Below, one piece after another: positions 36,423 to 45,318 of a DNA stretch of 64,000 bases. This DNA comes from Bacillota bacterium (lineage in GTDB: Bacteria; Bacillota; Sulfobacillia; JAJZYS01; JAJZLH01). Numbering within the stretch: position 1 is the first letter of the stretch; the number at the start of each line of letters is the position of its first letter. A program made the position numbers and the translations under genes. The notes below the pieces were generated by a model. It saw nothing but the letters and a program-made list of their open reading frames with translations. It did no database searches and was not told where the DNA came from. The stretch is taken from assembly GCA_021803575.1 (NCBI GenBank), contig JAJZLH010000065.1, positions 2,571 to 66,570 of the forward strand, given 5' to 3'.

Positions 36423-38593
36423 TCAACCTGACGGTGGATGGGCGTGAGGTGGAGGTCGAGCCTGGCACCCTGGTGATCGAGGCGGCCAAGAAGCTCGGCA
36501 TCGATATCCCGATCTTCTGCTACCACCCGCGCATGAAGCCGGTGGCTGCCTGCCGCATGTGCCTGGTGGCGATCGAGAAGATGGGCAAGCTGCAGCCGGC
36601 CTGTGCCACCCAGGTGGCGGACGGCATGGTGGTCTACACCCAGCGGGCGGACGTCAAGAAGGCGCAGGCCGGCGTCCTGGAGTTCCTCCTGGCCCAGCAC
36701 CCCTTGGACTGCCCGATCTGCGACAAGGGCGGCGAGTGCCCGCTCCAGGATCAGGCCTTTGCCTATGGGCCGGGGGCCACCCGCTTTTCCGAACCAAAGC
36801 GTCACCTGCACAAGGCCTGGCCGCTTGGCCCCAGGATCCTGCTCGACCAGGAGCGCTGCGTGCAGTGCCAGCGCTGCACCCGCTTCATGGAGGAGATCGT
36901 GGGCGACCCGGCGCTGGTGCTGAAGCAGCGGGGCGCCGAGACGGTGGTGGACGTGGCCGAGGGCCGCGCCCTGAACAGCCCCTTCGCCGGCAACACCATC
37001 GAGATGTGTCCGGTCGGTGCCCTCACCTCCCGGCCCTACCGCTTCCGGGCCCGGCCCTGGGACGTGGTGGCGGTATCGTCTGTCTGCCCGCACTGCCCGG
37101 TCGGGTGCAACCTGACCGTGACCAACCGCGACGGCCATCTGTTGCGGGTGCTGTCCAGGGAGAACGAGGCGGTGGATCAGGGCTGGCTGTGCGACCGCGG
37201 CCGCTTTGGATATGGCTTTCTGACCGACCCCGCCCGCATCACGGCGCCCTTGGTGCGCCGGCACGGGGAGCTCCAAGAGGCCAGCTGGGAGGAGGCGCTG
37301 GCGGCGGCCCGGGCCGGCCTGGCCGGCCGCATCGGCATCCTGGGCGGCGGCCGTCTGTCCCTGGAGGCGCAGCACCTCTTGAGCCGACTGCGCGACCAGC
37401 ATGACGGGGCGGTGGCCGACTGGCGGGTGGGTGGCCAGCACACGGCAGTGGCGCCGGCGGCGCAGGGACACATCGCCGACCTGGATGAGGCCGCCTGGGT
37501 GCTGTTCTTGGAGAGCGATCCCCAGACCGAGACGCCGGTGGCCTGGCTCCGGCTCCGCCAGAATGTGGTGCACGGCCGGGGCGCCCGGGTGGTGGCACTC
37601 GGCCCCCGGATTGCTCCCGGCCTCCCGGCCAGCCAGGTATTGTACCGCCCTGGGGAGGGCGCCCGGGTGCTGGCGGCCGCACTCAATGGCCAGGGAGAAG
37701 AGGCGCTGGTGGCGGCGCTCGCCACCGAGGAGCACCTGGCGGTGCTCTGGAACGGCAAGGACCCAGCGCTGTACGCAGTGCTGGCCGACCTGGCCGGCCG
37801 GCGCTCTGGCAGGACGTCGATCCTGGTGACCGGTGCCGAGGGCAACGGATTCGGAGCTGAGGCGATGGGACTCACGCCCAGGGCTGGTGAGGGCGGCGTC
37901 GACCGGCTGCTCGGGCAGGCTGCGGCCGGCGAGCTGGACGGGCTCTTTCTGGCCGGCGCAGACCCCTTGCGCCAGGCGCCGGATGGGAGGCTGGCCGAGG
38001 CGGCGCTCAGCGGCGAGTGCTTCGTGGTGGTGGCAGACGTGACCATGTCCCCTGCCGCCAGCCTGGCCGACGTGGTGCTGCCGCTCGCCGCCTTCGCCGA
38101 GGCGGACGGGACGCTGGTCAACATGGAGGGCCGGGCGCAGGCCTTCGAACCCTCGGCCACCGCCGCCGGACAGAGCCAGGCCGACTGGCTGGTGATGGCG
38201 GGCCTGCTCGAGGAGACGGTGACGCTCGACGAGGTGCGGGCGGCGGCCCTGGCCAGGCTGGCTGCATTCAAGCCGGCAGCGCCCGGGGCCCAGGACTGGC
38301 AGGAGGCCGCTGTGGTGCGCATTCCCACCCTCTATTACCGGGGCGTCACGCCGGAGCCGCACCTGGTTTCGATGGAGCCGGCGCGTGTGGTGGAGGTGGC
38401 CCCTGCCACGGCCCGGGACTTCCAGGTGAGCGACGGTGAGGAGGTGCTCGTGGCCGACGGCGAGACAGAGCTGGCGGTGCGGGTGACGGTCACGGACAGC
38501 GTGGTGCCAGGATGCCTGGTGCTGGGCGACTGGCCGGGGTCGAACCGGGTGGGTGCCGGTGCCAGGCTGGTGGTACGGGAGAGGAGCGTTTAG
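36419..38593 (+). CDS. nuoG: NADH-quinone oxidoreductase subunit G (75 kDa)
   Basis: N-terminal 2Fe-2S and 4Fe-4S motifs (CYHPRMKPVAACRMC, CPICDKGGECPLQD, CVQCQRCTRF); molybdopterin-oxidoreductase-like C-terminal domain; ATG overlaps the nuoF stop (ATGA). Confidence 0.9.
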   Translation: MINLTVDGREVEVEPGTLVIEAAKKLGIDIPIFCYHPRMKPVAACRMCLVAIEKMGKLQPACATQVADGMVVYTQRADVKKAQAGVLEFLLAQHPLDCPICDKGGECPLQDQAFAYGPGATRFSEPKRHLHKAWPLGPRILLDQERCVQCQRCTRFMEEIVGDPALVLKQRGAETVVDVAEGRALNSPFAGNTIEMCPVGALTSRPYRFRARPWDVVAVSSVCPHCPVGCNLTVTNRDGHLLRVLSRENEAVDQGWLCDRGRFGYGFLTDPARITAPLVRRHGELQEASWEEALAAARAGLAGRIGILGGGRLSLEAQHLLSRLRDQHDGAVADWRVGGQHTAVAPAAQGHIADLDEAAWVLFLESDPQTETPVAWLRLRQNVVHGRGARVVALGPRIAPGLPASQVLYRPGEGARVLAAALNGQGEEALVAALATEEHLAVLWNGKDPALYAVLADLAGRRSGRTSILVTGAEGNGFGAEAMGLTPRAGEGGVDRLLGQAAAGELDGLFLAGADPLRQAPDGRLAEAALSGECFVVVADVTMSPAASLADVVLPLAAFAEADGTLVNMEGRAQAFEPSATAAGQSQADWLVMAGLLEETVTLDEVRAAALARLAAFKPAAPGAQDWQEAAVVRIPTLYYRGVTPEPHLVSMEPARVVEVAPATARDFQVSDGEEVLVADGETELAVRVTVTDSVVPGCLVLGDWPGSNRVGAGARLVVRERSV

Positions 38594-39583
38594 ATGGCGC
38601 TGACCATCGGCATCGATATTGGGAAGGCCCTGGTCGTCATCATCTTTCTGCAGGCCGCCTTCGGCTATCTGACCCTGATCGAGCGCAAGCTCCTGGGACG
38701 CTTTCAGCTCCGGCCCGGGCCCAACCGGGCGGGCCCTTTCGGTGTGCTGCAGCCCCTGGCCGACGGCGTCAAACTATTGTTCAAGGAGGAGATCATCCCA
38801 GCGGGCGTCGACCGCTTCGTGTTCATCATCGCCCCCATGCTGTCCTTGCTCGGGGCCCTGATGGCGTTTGCAGTCATCCCCTTCGGCGCCCCTGTCACCA
38901 TGTTCGGCCGCGTGGTACCGCTGCAGGTGGCGGGGCCTGGGCTGAGCCTGCTGTATGTGTTCGCGGTGGCTTCCTTGGGCGTCTACGGCATCGTGCTCGG
39001 CGGCTGGGCCTCTCAGAACAAGTACGGGCTGTTGGGTGGGCTTCGGGCCTCCGCCCAGATCATCTCCTACGAACTGGCCATGGGCATGTCCGTGATCGGC
39101 GTGCTGATCGCCGCCGGTTCGGCCAACCTCAACCAGATCGTCGGCGCCCAGGCCAAGGAGTGGTTCGTGTTTCCGCAGATCGTGGGCTTCATCGTCTACT
39201 TCATCTGTGCCATCGCCGAAACCAACCGGGCGCCCTTCGACCTGCCGGAGGCGGAGCAGGAACTGGTGGCCGGCTACCACACCGAGTACACCGGCATGAA
39301 GTTCGCCATGTTCTTCATGGCGGAGTACATCAACATGATCACCGTCTCCGCCCTGGCCACCACCCTCTTCCTGGGCGGCTGGCACGGGCCGGCATTCCTG
39401 CCCAGCTACCTCTGGTTCCTGATCAAGGTGGCGGTGTTCTTGTTCGTGTTCGTCTGGCTGAGAGCCACCTTGCCCCGCATCCGCTACGACCGCCTGATGG
39501 CCTTCGGCTGGAAGGTGCTGTTGCCAGTGGCGCTCCTGAACGCCATCGGCACGGCGGCCTGGGTGGCCCTGGTTCACCCCTGA
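38594..39583 (+). CDS. nuoH: NADH-quinone oxidoreductase subunit H
   Basis: GYLTLIERKLLGRFQLRPGPNRAGPFGVLQPLADGVKL and eight TM helices as in NuoH/ND1. Confidence 0.95.
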   Translation: MALTIGIDIGKALVVIIFLQAAFGYLTLIERKLLGRFQLRPGPNRAGPFGVLQPLADGVKLLFKEEIIPAGVDRFVFIIAPMLSLLGALMAFAVIPFGAPVTMFGRVVPLQVAGPGLSLLYVFAVASLGVYGIVLGGWASQNKYGLLGGLRASAQIISYELAMGMSVIGVLIAAGSANLNQIVGAQAKEWFVFPQIVGFIVYFICAIAETNRAPFDLPEAEQELVAGYHTEYTGMKFAMFFMAEYINMITVSALATTLFLGGWHGPAFLPSYLWFLIKVAVFLFVFVWLRATLPRIRYDRLMAFGWKVLLPVALLNAIGTAAWVALVHP

Positions 39584-39605
39584 GATCCGCTCGAGGAGGG
39601 ACGAG

Positions 39606-40112
39606 ATGGCCAATCTGATCGCAATCCTGGCGGCGGCGCTCTGCCTGGTCATGGGCGTGGTGGTGATCAGCGCCAGGAATCCGATGCACGGCGTGATCGC
39701 ACTGGTCGCCAACTTCCTCGGCCTGGGCGTGCTCTTCTTGCTCCTGCACGGCGAGTTTGTCGCCCTGATCGAGGTCATCGTCTATGCCGGCGCCGTGATG
39801 GTGCTGTTCTTGTTCGTGGTCACCCTCCTGATGGCGGGCACCGAGCCGCCGAAGGAGGGTGCCGGCAAGAATCTTCCCGGCCAGCTGCTCTGGGCGATCG
39901 TGGTGATCGGCGCCCTCACCGCGCTGATCGGTTTCGTGCTGGCGGTGCGCACCGTCCTGACCCAGCCGCCGCCGTCCACCCAGGCCTTTGGCAGCATCAC
40001 GGACTTTGGGAGATCGCTGCTCACCACCTACATGCTGCCGTTCGAGCTGACGGCCCTGGTGCTCCTGGCAGCCGTGATCGGTGTGGTGTTCCTGGCCCGG
40101 GAGCGCTCGTGA
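39606..40112 (+). CDS. nuoJ: NADH-quinone oxidoreductase subunit J
   Basis: VIALVANFLGLGVLFLLLHGEFVALIEVIVYAGAVMVLFLFVV is a NuoJ/ND6 signature. It lies only 22 nt after nuoH, so no nuoI lies between them. Confidence 0.85.
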   Translation: MANLIAILAAALCLVMGVVVISARNPMHGVIALVANFLGLGVLFLLLHGEFVALIEVIVYAGAVMVLFLFVVTLLMAGTEPPKEGAGKNLPGQLLWAIVVIGALTALIGFVLAVRTVLTQPPPSTQAFGSITDFGRSLLTTYMLPFELTALVLLAAVIGVVFLARERS

Positions 40113-40125
40113 GGGGGGTGGTGCG

Positions 40126-40431
40126 GTGACCTTGCCAACGGTGGATTTCCTTCTTGTTTCGGCGGTGCTGTTCGCCATCGGCGCCCTGGGCGTGGTGATC
40201 AGGAAGAACCCCCTGGTCATGTTCATGGCCATCGAGTTGATGTGGAACGCGGTCAACCTGACCCTGGTCGCCTTTGCCCGTCAGTTTCTGGCCATCGCCG
40301 GACACATCTTCGTGTTCGTGGTGGTGGTGGTGGCGGCGGCCGAGGTGGCGATCGGGCTGATCGTGATCGTGCTGGTCTTCCGCAACCGGTCCGAGGCTGA
40401 CGTGGATAGCCTGAACACGATGAAGGGGTAG
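40126..40431 (+). CDS. nuoK: NADH-quinone oxidoreductase subunit K
   Basis: LFAIGALGVVIRKNPLVMFMAIELMWNAVNLTLVAF is a NuoK/ND4L signature; GTG start after GGGGGG. Confidence 0.85.
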   Translation: MTLPTVDFLLVSAVLFAIGALGVVIRKNPLVMFMAIELMWNAVNLTLVAFARQFLAIAGHIFVFVVVVVAAAEVAIGLIVIVLVFRNRSEADVDSLNTMKG

Positions 40432-40435
40432 GGGC

Positions 40436-42304
40436 ATGGCCAGCGTGATCGTCCTCGCACTCCTGTTCCCGGCCCTGGGTGCCATGGCCCTGGCCTGGCT
40501 GGGACCGCGCCTGAGCCATCGCCAGATCGCCTGGGTGGGGGTGGGCTCGGTCAGCCTCGCCTTCCTGGTGGCGGTGGCAGCCTTCGTCCGCCTGGCTAGC
40601 CTGCCAGCGGCCCACCGCCTGATCCAGGACACGCTGTTCACCTGGAACCAGGCCGCGGGCGCCCCGATTCACTTCAGCCTCTTGGTCGACCCCATCTCCG
40701 TGCTGTTCATGCTGGTCATCACCGGGGTCGGTGCCCTCATTCACCTCTACTCAGCCGGATACATGGACGACGATGAGGGATTCAGCCGCTTCTTCTGGCA
40801 GATGAACCTGTTCATCGTGGCCATGCTGCTCCTGGTCATGGCCGGCAACTTCTTCTTCCTCCTGGTCGGCTGGGCCGGCGTGGGACTCGCCTCCTACTTC
40901 CTGATCGGCTTCTGGTACACCAGACCGGCAGCGGTGGCGGCGGCCAAGAAGGCCTTCGTCGTAAACGTGGTGGGTGATGTGGCGCTCACCCTGGCCATCT
41001 TCCTGCTGTTCGTGAACCTGGGCCACATCGGCTACCAGACGGTCTTTCGGCAGTTCGCCACCCTGCCCATCGCCACCCGTGACCTGGTGGCGGCCTTGCT
41101 GTTCGTGGCCGCCGCCGCCAAAAGCGCCCAGTTCCCGCTGCATGTCTGGCTGCCGGACGCCATGGAGGGCCCGACGCCCGTCTCCGCCCTGATCCACGCC
41201 GCCACCATGGTCACAGCCGGCGTCTACCTGGTGGCGCGGGCCTTCCCGATATTCGGCCTGGCTCCAGGCGTGGCCACCACGGTGGCCTGGGTAGGCGGCT
41301 TCACGGCTCTGTTCGCCGCCACCATCGCCATCGCCCAGGACGACATCAAGCGGGTGCTGGCCTACTCCACCGTGTCGCAGCTCGGCTACATGTTCATGGC
41401 CGTGGGCACCGCCGCATACGCCGCCGGCGTCTTTCACTTCCTGACCCACGCCTTCTTCAAGGCCCTGCTCTTCCTGGCTGCCGGATCGGTGATCCACGCC
41501 CTGGGCGGCGAGCAGGACATGTGGAAGATGGGCGGCCTGAGACGGACCATCCCCCTGACCGCAGCCTGCTTCCTGGTCGGGACACTGGCCATCTCCGGCA
41601 TCCCGCCCTTCGCCGGATTCTTCTCCAAGGACGAGATCCTGGGCGGGCTCCTGTCCACCGGACAGGTCGGGCTGTGGGCGATCGGCACGCTGGCAGCCGG
41701 CCTCACCGCCTTCTACATGTTCCGCCTCTACTTCGTGGTGTTCGGCGGCAGTGCCCGCGCCCCGGGCCATGCCCATGAGTCGCCGTCGGTGATGACGGCG
41801 CCGCTGGTGGTGCTGGCCGTCCTGTCCACGGTGGGAGGGTTCCTGGTCCTGCCTGGCGGCTACAACCTGATCGAGTCCTGGCTCTTGCCGGCGCTCACCC
41901 GCTTTGGACCGACACCGCCCCTGCCGCCGGCCACCAACTGGGCGGCGATGGGGGTGTCTTTGGCCATGGCGCTGGCTGGAGGGGCCCTGGCCTGGTCGCT
42001 GTACGGACGCCGCCAGGTGGCCAGCGAGCCGTTGGCCGGGGCGCTCTACCGTGCGCTCAAGGGCAAGTGGTACATCGATGAGCTGGGCGAGTTCCTGATC
42101 GTGCGGCCGGCTCTGTGGTTGGGCGCCCAGCTCGGCCGCTTCGACCGCCAGGGACTGGACCAGGCCTTCAATCAGCTCGGTCGGCTGGTGGCTGGCTGGG
42201 GAGAGTCGCTCCGGCCCAGCCAGTCCGGCTACGTCCGCCGCTACGCCCTCACCTTCGCCCTTGGCGTGCTGCTGGTCGTCGCCTTCCTCTCGGTCCACCC
42301 CTAA
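40436..42304 (+). CDS. nuoL: NADH-quinone oxidoreductase subunit L
   Basis: 622-aa antiporter-like subunit with WAGVGLASYFLIGFWY, LHVWLPDAMEGPTPVSALIHAATMVTAG and the long C-terminal horizontal-helix region. Confidence 0.95.
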   Translation: MASVIVLALLFPALGAMALAWLGPRLSHRQIAWVGVGSVSLAFLVAVAAFVRLASLPAAHRLIQDTLFTWNQAAGAPIHFSLLVDPISVLFMLVITGVGALIHLYSAGYMDDDEGFSRFFWQMNLFIVAMLLLVMAGNFFFLLVGWAGVGLASYFLIGFWYTRPAAVAAAKKAFVVNVVGDVALTLAIFLLFVNLGHIGYQTVFRQFATLPIATRDLVAALLFVAAAAKSAQFPLHVWLPDAMEGPTPVSALIHAATMVTAGVYLVARAFPIFGLAPGVATTVAWVGGFTALFAATIAIAQDDIKRVLAYSTVSQLGYMFMAVGTAAYAAGVFHFLTHAFFKALLFLAAGSVIHALGGEQDMWKMGGLRRTIPLTAACFLVGTLAISGIPPFAGFFSKDEILGGLLSTGQVGLWAIGTLAAGLTAFYMFRLYFVVFGGSARAPGHAHESPSVMTAPLVVLAVLSTVGGFLVLPGGYNLIESWLLPALTRFGPTPPLPPATNWAAMGVSLAMALAGGALAWSLYGRRQVASEPLAGALYRALKGKWYIDELGEFLIVRPALWLGAQLGRFDRQGLDQAFNQLGRLVAGWGESLRPSQSGYVRRYALTFALGVLLVVAFLSVHP

Positions 42305-42316
42305 GGAGGGTCGCTC

Positions 42317-43810
42317 GTGCTGGTGTTATTGCCGCTCGTCCTCTTGGTGCTGGGCAGCCTGGCGGCGTTCTTGCTGGGGCAGCGCCCAGGCCTGATCCGA
42401 CGCCTTGCCCTGGCCGCCGCCGGGCTTTCTCTCCTGGCGGCGGTGGCCGGCATCGTGAGCGGCCCGGCCAGCTTCAGCGTGCCCTGGCTGCCCGGTCTGG
42501 GCATGGCGTTCACCATGCGCCTGGACGGCCTGTCCATGTTCCTGGTGGCCCTGACCGCTCTGGCCACCGTAGCCGTGGTCGCCTTCTCCTCGGAGCAGGA
42601 GCGGCCCGGCGGCTACTACGGACTGATCCTCCTGATGGCTGCCACCGCGATCGGCACCTTCCTCAGCACCAACCTGCTCCTCTTCTACGTCTTCTGGGAA
42701 CTGATGATCATCCCCAGCTACGTCCTGATCGGCAGCTACGGCGAGGGAGCGGCCAGCCGGCGGGCGGCGCTGAAGTTTTTGGTCTACTCGCTGGTGCCAT
42801 CGGCCTTCCTGCTGGTGGCGATCATTGCCCTGGCCGTGGCCGCCCAGCCTGCGCTCGGCCACCTCAGCTTCAGCTTGGCGGCGCTGGAGCGGGTGCACCT
42901 GGCTGCCTCCACCCAGAACTGGATCTTCGTCCTGTTCGCCCTCTCCTTCATGGTCAAGGTGCCGATCTGGCCGCTGCACGCCTGGATGCCGGACGCCTAC
43001 GGCGAGAGCCGGCCCCAGGTGGCAGCCATGCTGTCCGGGGTCCTGTCCAAGACCGGCCTCTACGCCCTGATCCGCTTCGCCTTCCCGCTCCTGCCCGAGG
43101 CCGCCCGCCTGTTTGCGCCGGCCCTGGCCGTGATCGCCCTGGCCTCCATCCTGTACGGCGCCTGGGTGGCACTCGGTCACAAGGACGGGCGGATGGTGAT
43201 TGCCTACTCGTCCTTGTCCCACCTGGGGCTGGTGTTTCTGGCCGTGGTGGCGCTGAACGCCCTTGGCCTCGATGCCGCCGTGCTGCAGATGCTGAACCAT
43301 GGCATCTACGCCGTGGCCCTGTTCTTGCTGTTCGGCCTGGTGGAGCGCTCAAGCGGCACCCGTCTCCTGGAGCGCTTGGGCGGGGTGGCGCGGGCGGCGC
43401 CCTTGTTCGCCGGGTTCTTCTGGATCACGGTGCTGGCCGCCCTCGGCCTGCCGGGCCTGAACGGCTTCTCCGGAGAGTTCCTGCTCCTGCTCGCCGTCTT
43501 CCGCACCAACCAGGTGTGGGCCTGGATTGCCATCGCCGCCGCCGTGTTCTCAGCCGCCTACTTCATCCGCCTCTTCCAGTTGACCAGCCAGGGGCCGAGC
43601 GCGCCGCCGCTTAAGTCCAAGCTGGTCTTGAGGCCGGTGCAGCTGGCCGTTCTCCTGCCCATGGTGGCGCTGATGGTCTACCTCGGCTTTCAACCGGGGC
43701 AGGTCACATCCCGGGTGGCGCCGGTCGCCCAAAGCATCAGCCGGCTCGAGGCCAGGGCCCCTGGCACATCTCCAGTCGGCAATCTGAGCTGGGAGGCTAG
43801 CCGGCTGTGA
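42317..43810 (+). CDS. nuoM: NADH-quinone oxidoreductase subunit M
   Basis: Antiporter-like subunit; WPLHAWMPDAYGESRPQVAAMLSGVLSKTGLY motif. The overlapping 499-aa alternative-frame ORF was rejected. Confidence 0.9.
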   Translation: MLVLLPLVLLVLGSLAAFLLGQRPGLIRRLALAAAGLSLLAAVAGIVSGPASFSVPWLPGLGMAFTMRLDGLSMFLVALTALATVAVVAFSSEQERPGGYYGLILLMAATAIGTFLSTNLLLFYVFWELMIIPSYVLIGSYGEGAASRRAALKFLVYSLVPSAFLLVAIIALAVAAQPALGHLSFSLAALERVHLAASTQNWIFVLFALSFMVKVPIWPLHAWMPDAYGESRPQVAAMLSGVLSKTGLYALIRFAFPLLPEAARLFAPALAVIALASILYGAWVALGHKDGRMVIAYSSLSHLGLVFLAVVALNALGLDAAVLQMLNHGIYAVALFLLFGLVERSSGTRLLERLGGVARAAPLFAGFFWITVLAALGLPGLNGFSGEFLLLLAVFRTNQVWAWIAIAAAVFSAAYFIRLFQLTSQGPSAPPLKSKLVLRPVQLAVLLPMVALMVYLGFQPGQVTSRVAPVAQSISRLEARAPGTSPVGNLSWEASRL

Positions 43811-45318
43811 ACTTGCCATTGATTCGGCCGCCCGCCGTGGCGCTCAACCTGATCACGCCGGAACTGGCGCTGCTCGCCACCTCGATCCTGATCCTCTTGG
43901 TGGCTCTGTTTGACCGGCCGGGCCATGGCCACCTCCGGCTCAGCCTGATCGCCATGGCCGGCATCCTGGTGGCCGTGGTGCGCGACGGCATGCTCTTGGC
44001 AGGGGGAAGTCTGCCGGCCACCACCTTCGCTGGCACGTTGATCATGGATCCCCTGTCCGCGGTGCTGGACCTGGTCATCCTGCTTTCGGCCCTGGTGGCG
44101 GTGGTACTGGCCATGAACCGCCCGGAGGGGTCGCCTGACTACCTGGCCCTTTTGCTCTGGTCGGCCATCGGCATGATGGTGCTGGTCTCGGCCCATGACC
44201 TGATCGTGCTCTTTCTGGCGGTCGAGGTGCTGTCCTTGCCGCTCTACATCCTGTGCGCCTTCCGGCCGGACCGCCCGGCCTCCCTGGAGGCGGCGGTCAA
44301 GTACTTCCTGCTCGGCGCCTTCTCCTCCGGTTTTCTCCTCTACGGACTGGCCCTCTTGTTCGGCCTCTCCGGCGGCACCAACCTGAGCCAGGTGGCATCG
44401 GCCCTGGCCGGGGTAGGCTCGGCGCCCCTGTTCGCGCACTCGGCGGCCAGCGCCGGCGTGCTGGCCGAGGTGGCCGTGGGGCTGGTGGTGGTGGGCCTCG
44501 GCTTCAAACTGGGCGCCGTGCCGTTCCACCAGTGGGTGCCGGACGTGTACGAAGGGGCGCCCACCTCGGTCGTGACCTTCATGTCGGTGGGCACCAAGGT
44601 GGCGGCCTTCGGCGTGCTGGCCCGCCTGGTGGTGACCGTGCTTCAGGGCAGCGCCGTCGACTGGCAGAGCCTGCTCGGCGCCCTGGCGGTGGCGACCATC
44701 ATCGGCGGCGCCCTCCTGGCGCTGCCGCAGCGGAACTTCAAGCGCCTCTTGGGCTACTCCGGCATCCTGAACGCCGGCTATCTGGTGGCGGTGCTGGTGG
44801 TTGGCACCGCCGCCGCCCAGGCCGCCGGCGTCTACTTCCTCATCACCTACGCCCTGATGAATCTGGGCGCCTTCGCCGTCATCTCGGCGGTCTCAGCCGG
44901 TCATGAGGACGGCGTCATGCTGGAGCACTACCGGGGCCTCTTCTACCGGCAGCCCTGGATGGCGGTGGCGATGGCCGTGTTCTTGCTGTCCCTGGCGTCG
45001 ATCCCGCCGCTCAGCGGCTTCTTCGGCAAGCTGTTCCTCTTGGAGGCCCTGATCAGCGGCCACCAGCTGTTCCTGGCCCTCACCGTGGTGGCCGGCACCG
45101 CCGTCACCCTGATCGTGTACGGCCGTCCGCTGCTGGCCATGTTCATACCGGCCGACGCGCCCGCGGCGCCGTCCGCCCGTCCGGCGCCTGCGGTGGCGGT
45201 GGCGGTGGGCGTGCTGGCGGTGGCGGTGGTAGCGGTCGGGGTGGCACCGGGACTCCTGGTCCAGCTGGTGCACGGGGTGGCGCACAGCGGGCCCCTGGCC
45301 GGGATCAGCCGGCGCTAG
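43807..45318 (+). CDS. nuoN: NADH-quinone oxidoreductase subunit N
   Basis: Antiporter-like subunit; FLAVEVLSLPLYILCAF, GAVPFHQWVPDVYEGAPTSVV motifs. Confidence 0.9.
   Translation: MNLPLIRPPAVALNLITPELALLATSILILLVALFDRPGHGHLRLSLIAMAGILVAVVRDGMLLAGGSLPATTFAGTLIMDPLSAVLDLVILLSALVAVVLAMNRPEGSPDYLALLLWSAIGMMVLVSAHDLIVLFLAVEVLSLPLYILCAFRPDRPASLEAAVKYFLLGAFSSGFLLYGLALLFGLSGGTNLSQVASALAGVGSAPLFAHSAASAGVLAEVAVGLVVVGLGFKLGAVPFHQWVPDVYEGAPTSVVTFMSVGTKVAAFGVLARLVVTVLQGSAVDWQSLLGALAVATIIGGALLALPQRNFKRLLGYSGILNAGYLVAVLVVGTAAAQAAGVYFLITYALMNLGAFAVISAVSAGHEDGVMLEHYRGLFYRQPWMAVAMAVFLLSLASIPPLSGFFGKLFLLEALISGHQLFLALTVVAGTAVTLIVYGRPLLAMFIPADAPAAPSARPAPAVAVAVGVLAVAVVAVGVAPGLLVQLVHGVAHSGPLAGISRR

Noticed and set aside
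36209-38362. 717-aa antisense ORF opposite nuoG
   Set aside because: Antisense artefact of 70% GC DNA; Arg/Gly/Pro-rich; nuoG on the plus strand has unmistakable Fe-S motifs.
42115-43614. 499-aa plus-strand ORF in an alternative frame of nuoL/nuoM
   Set aside because: Low-complexity Arg/Pro/Gly translation; nuoM in the adjacent frame has canonical antiporter motifs.
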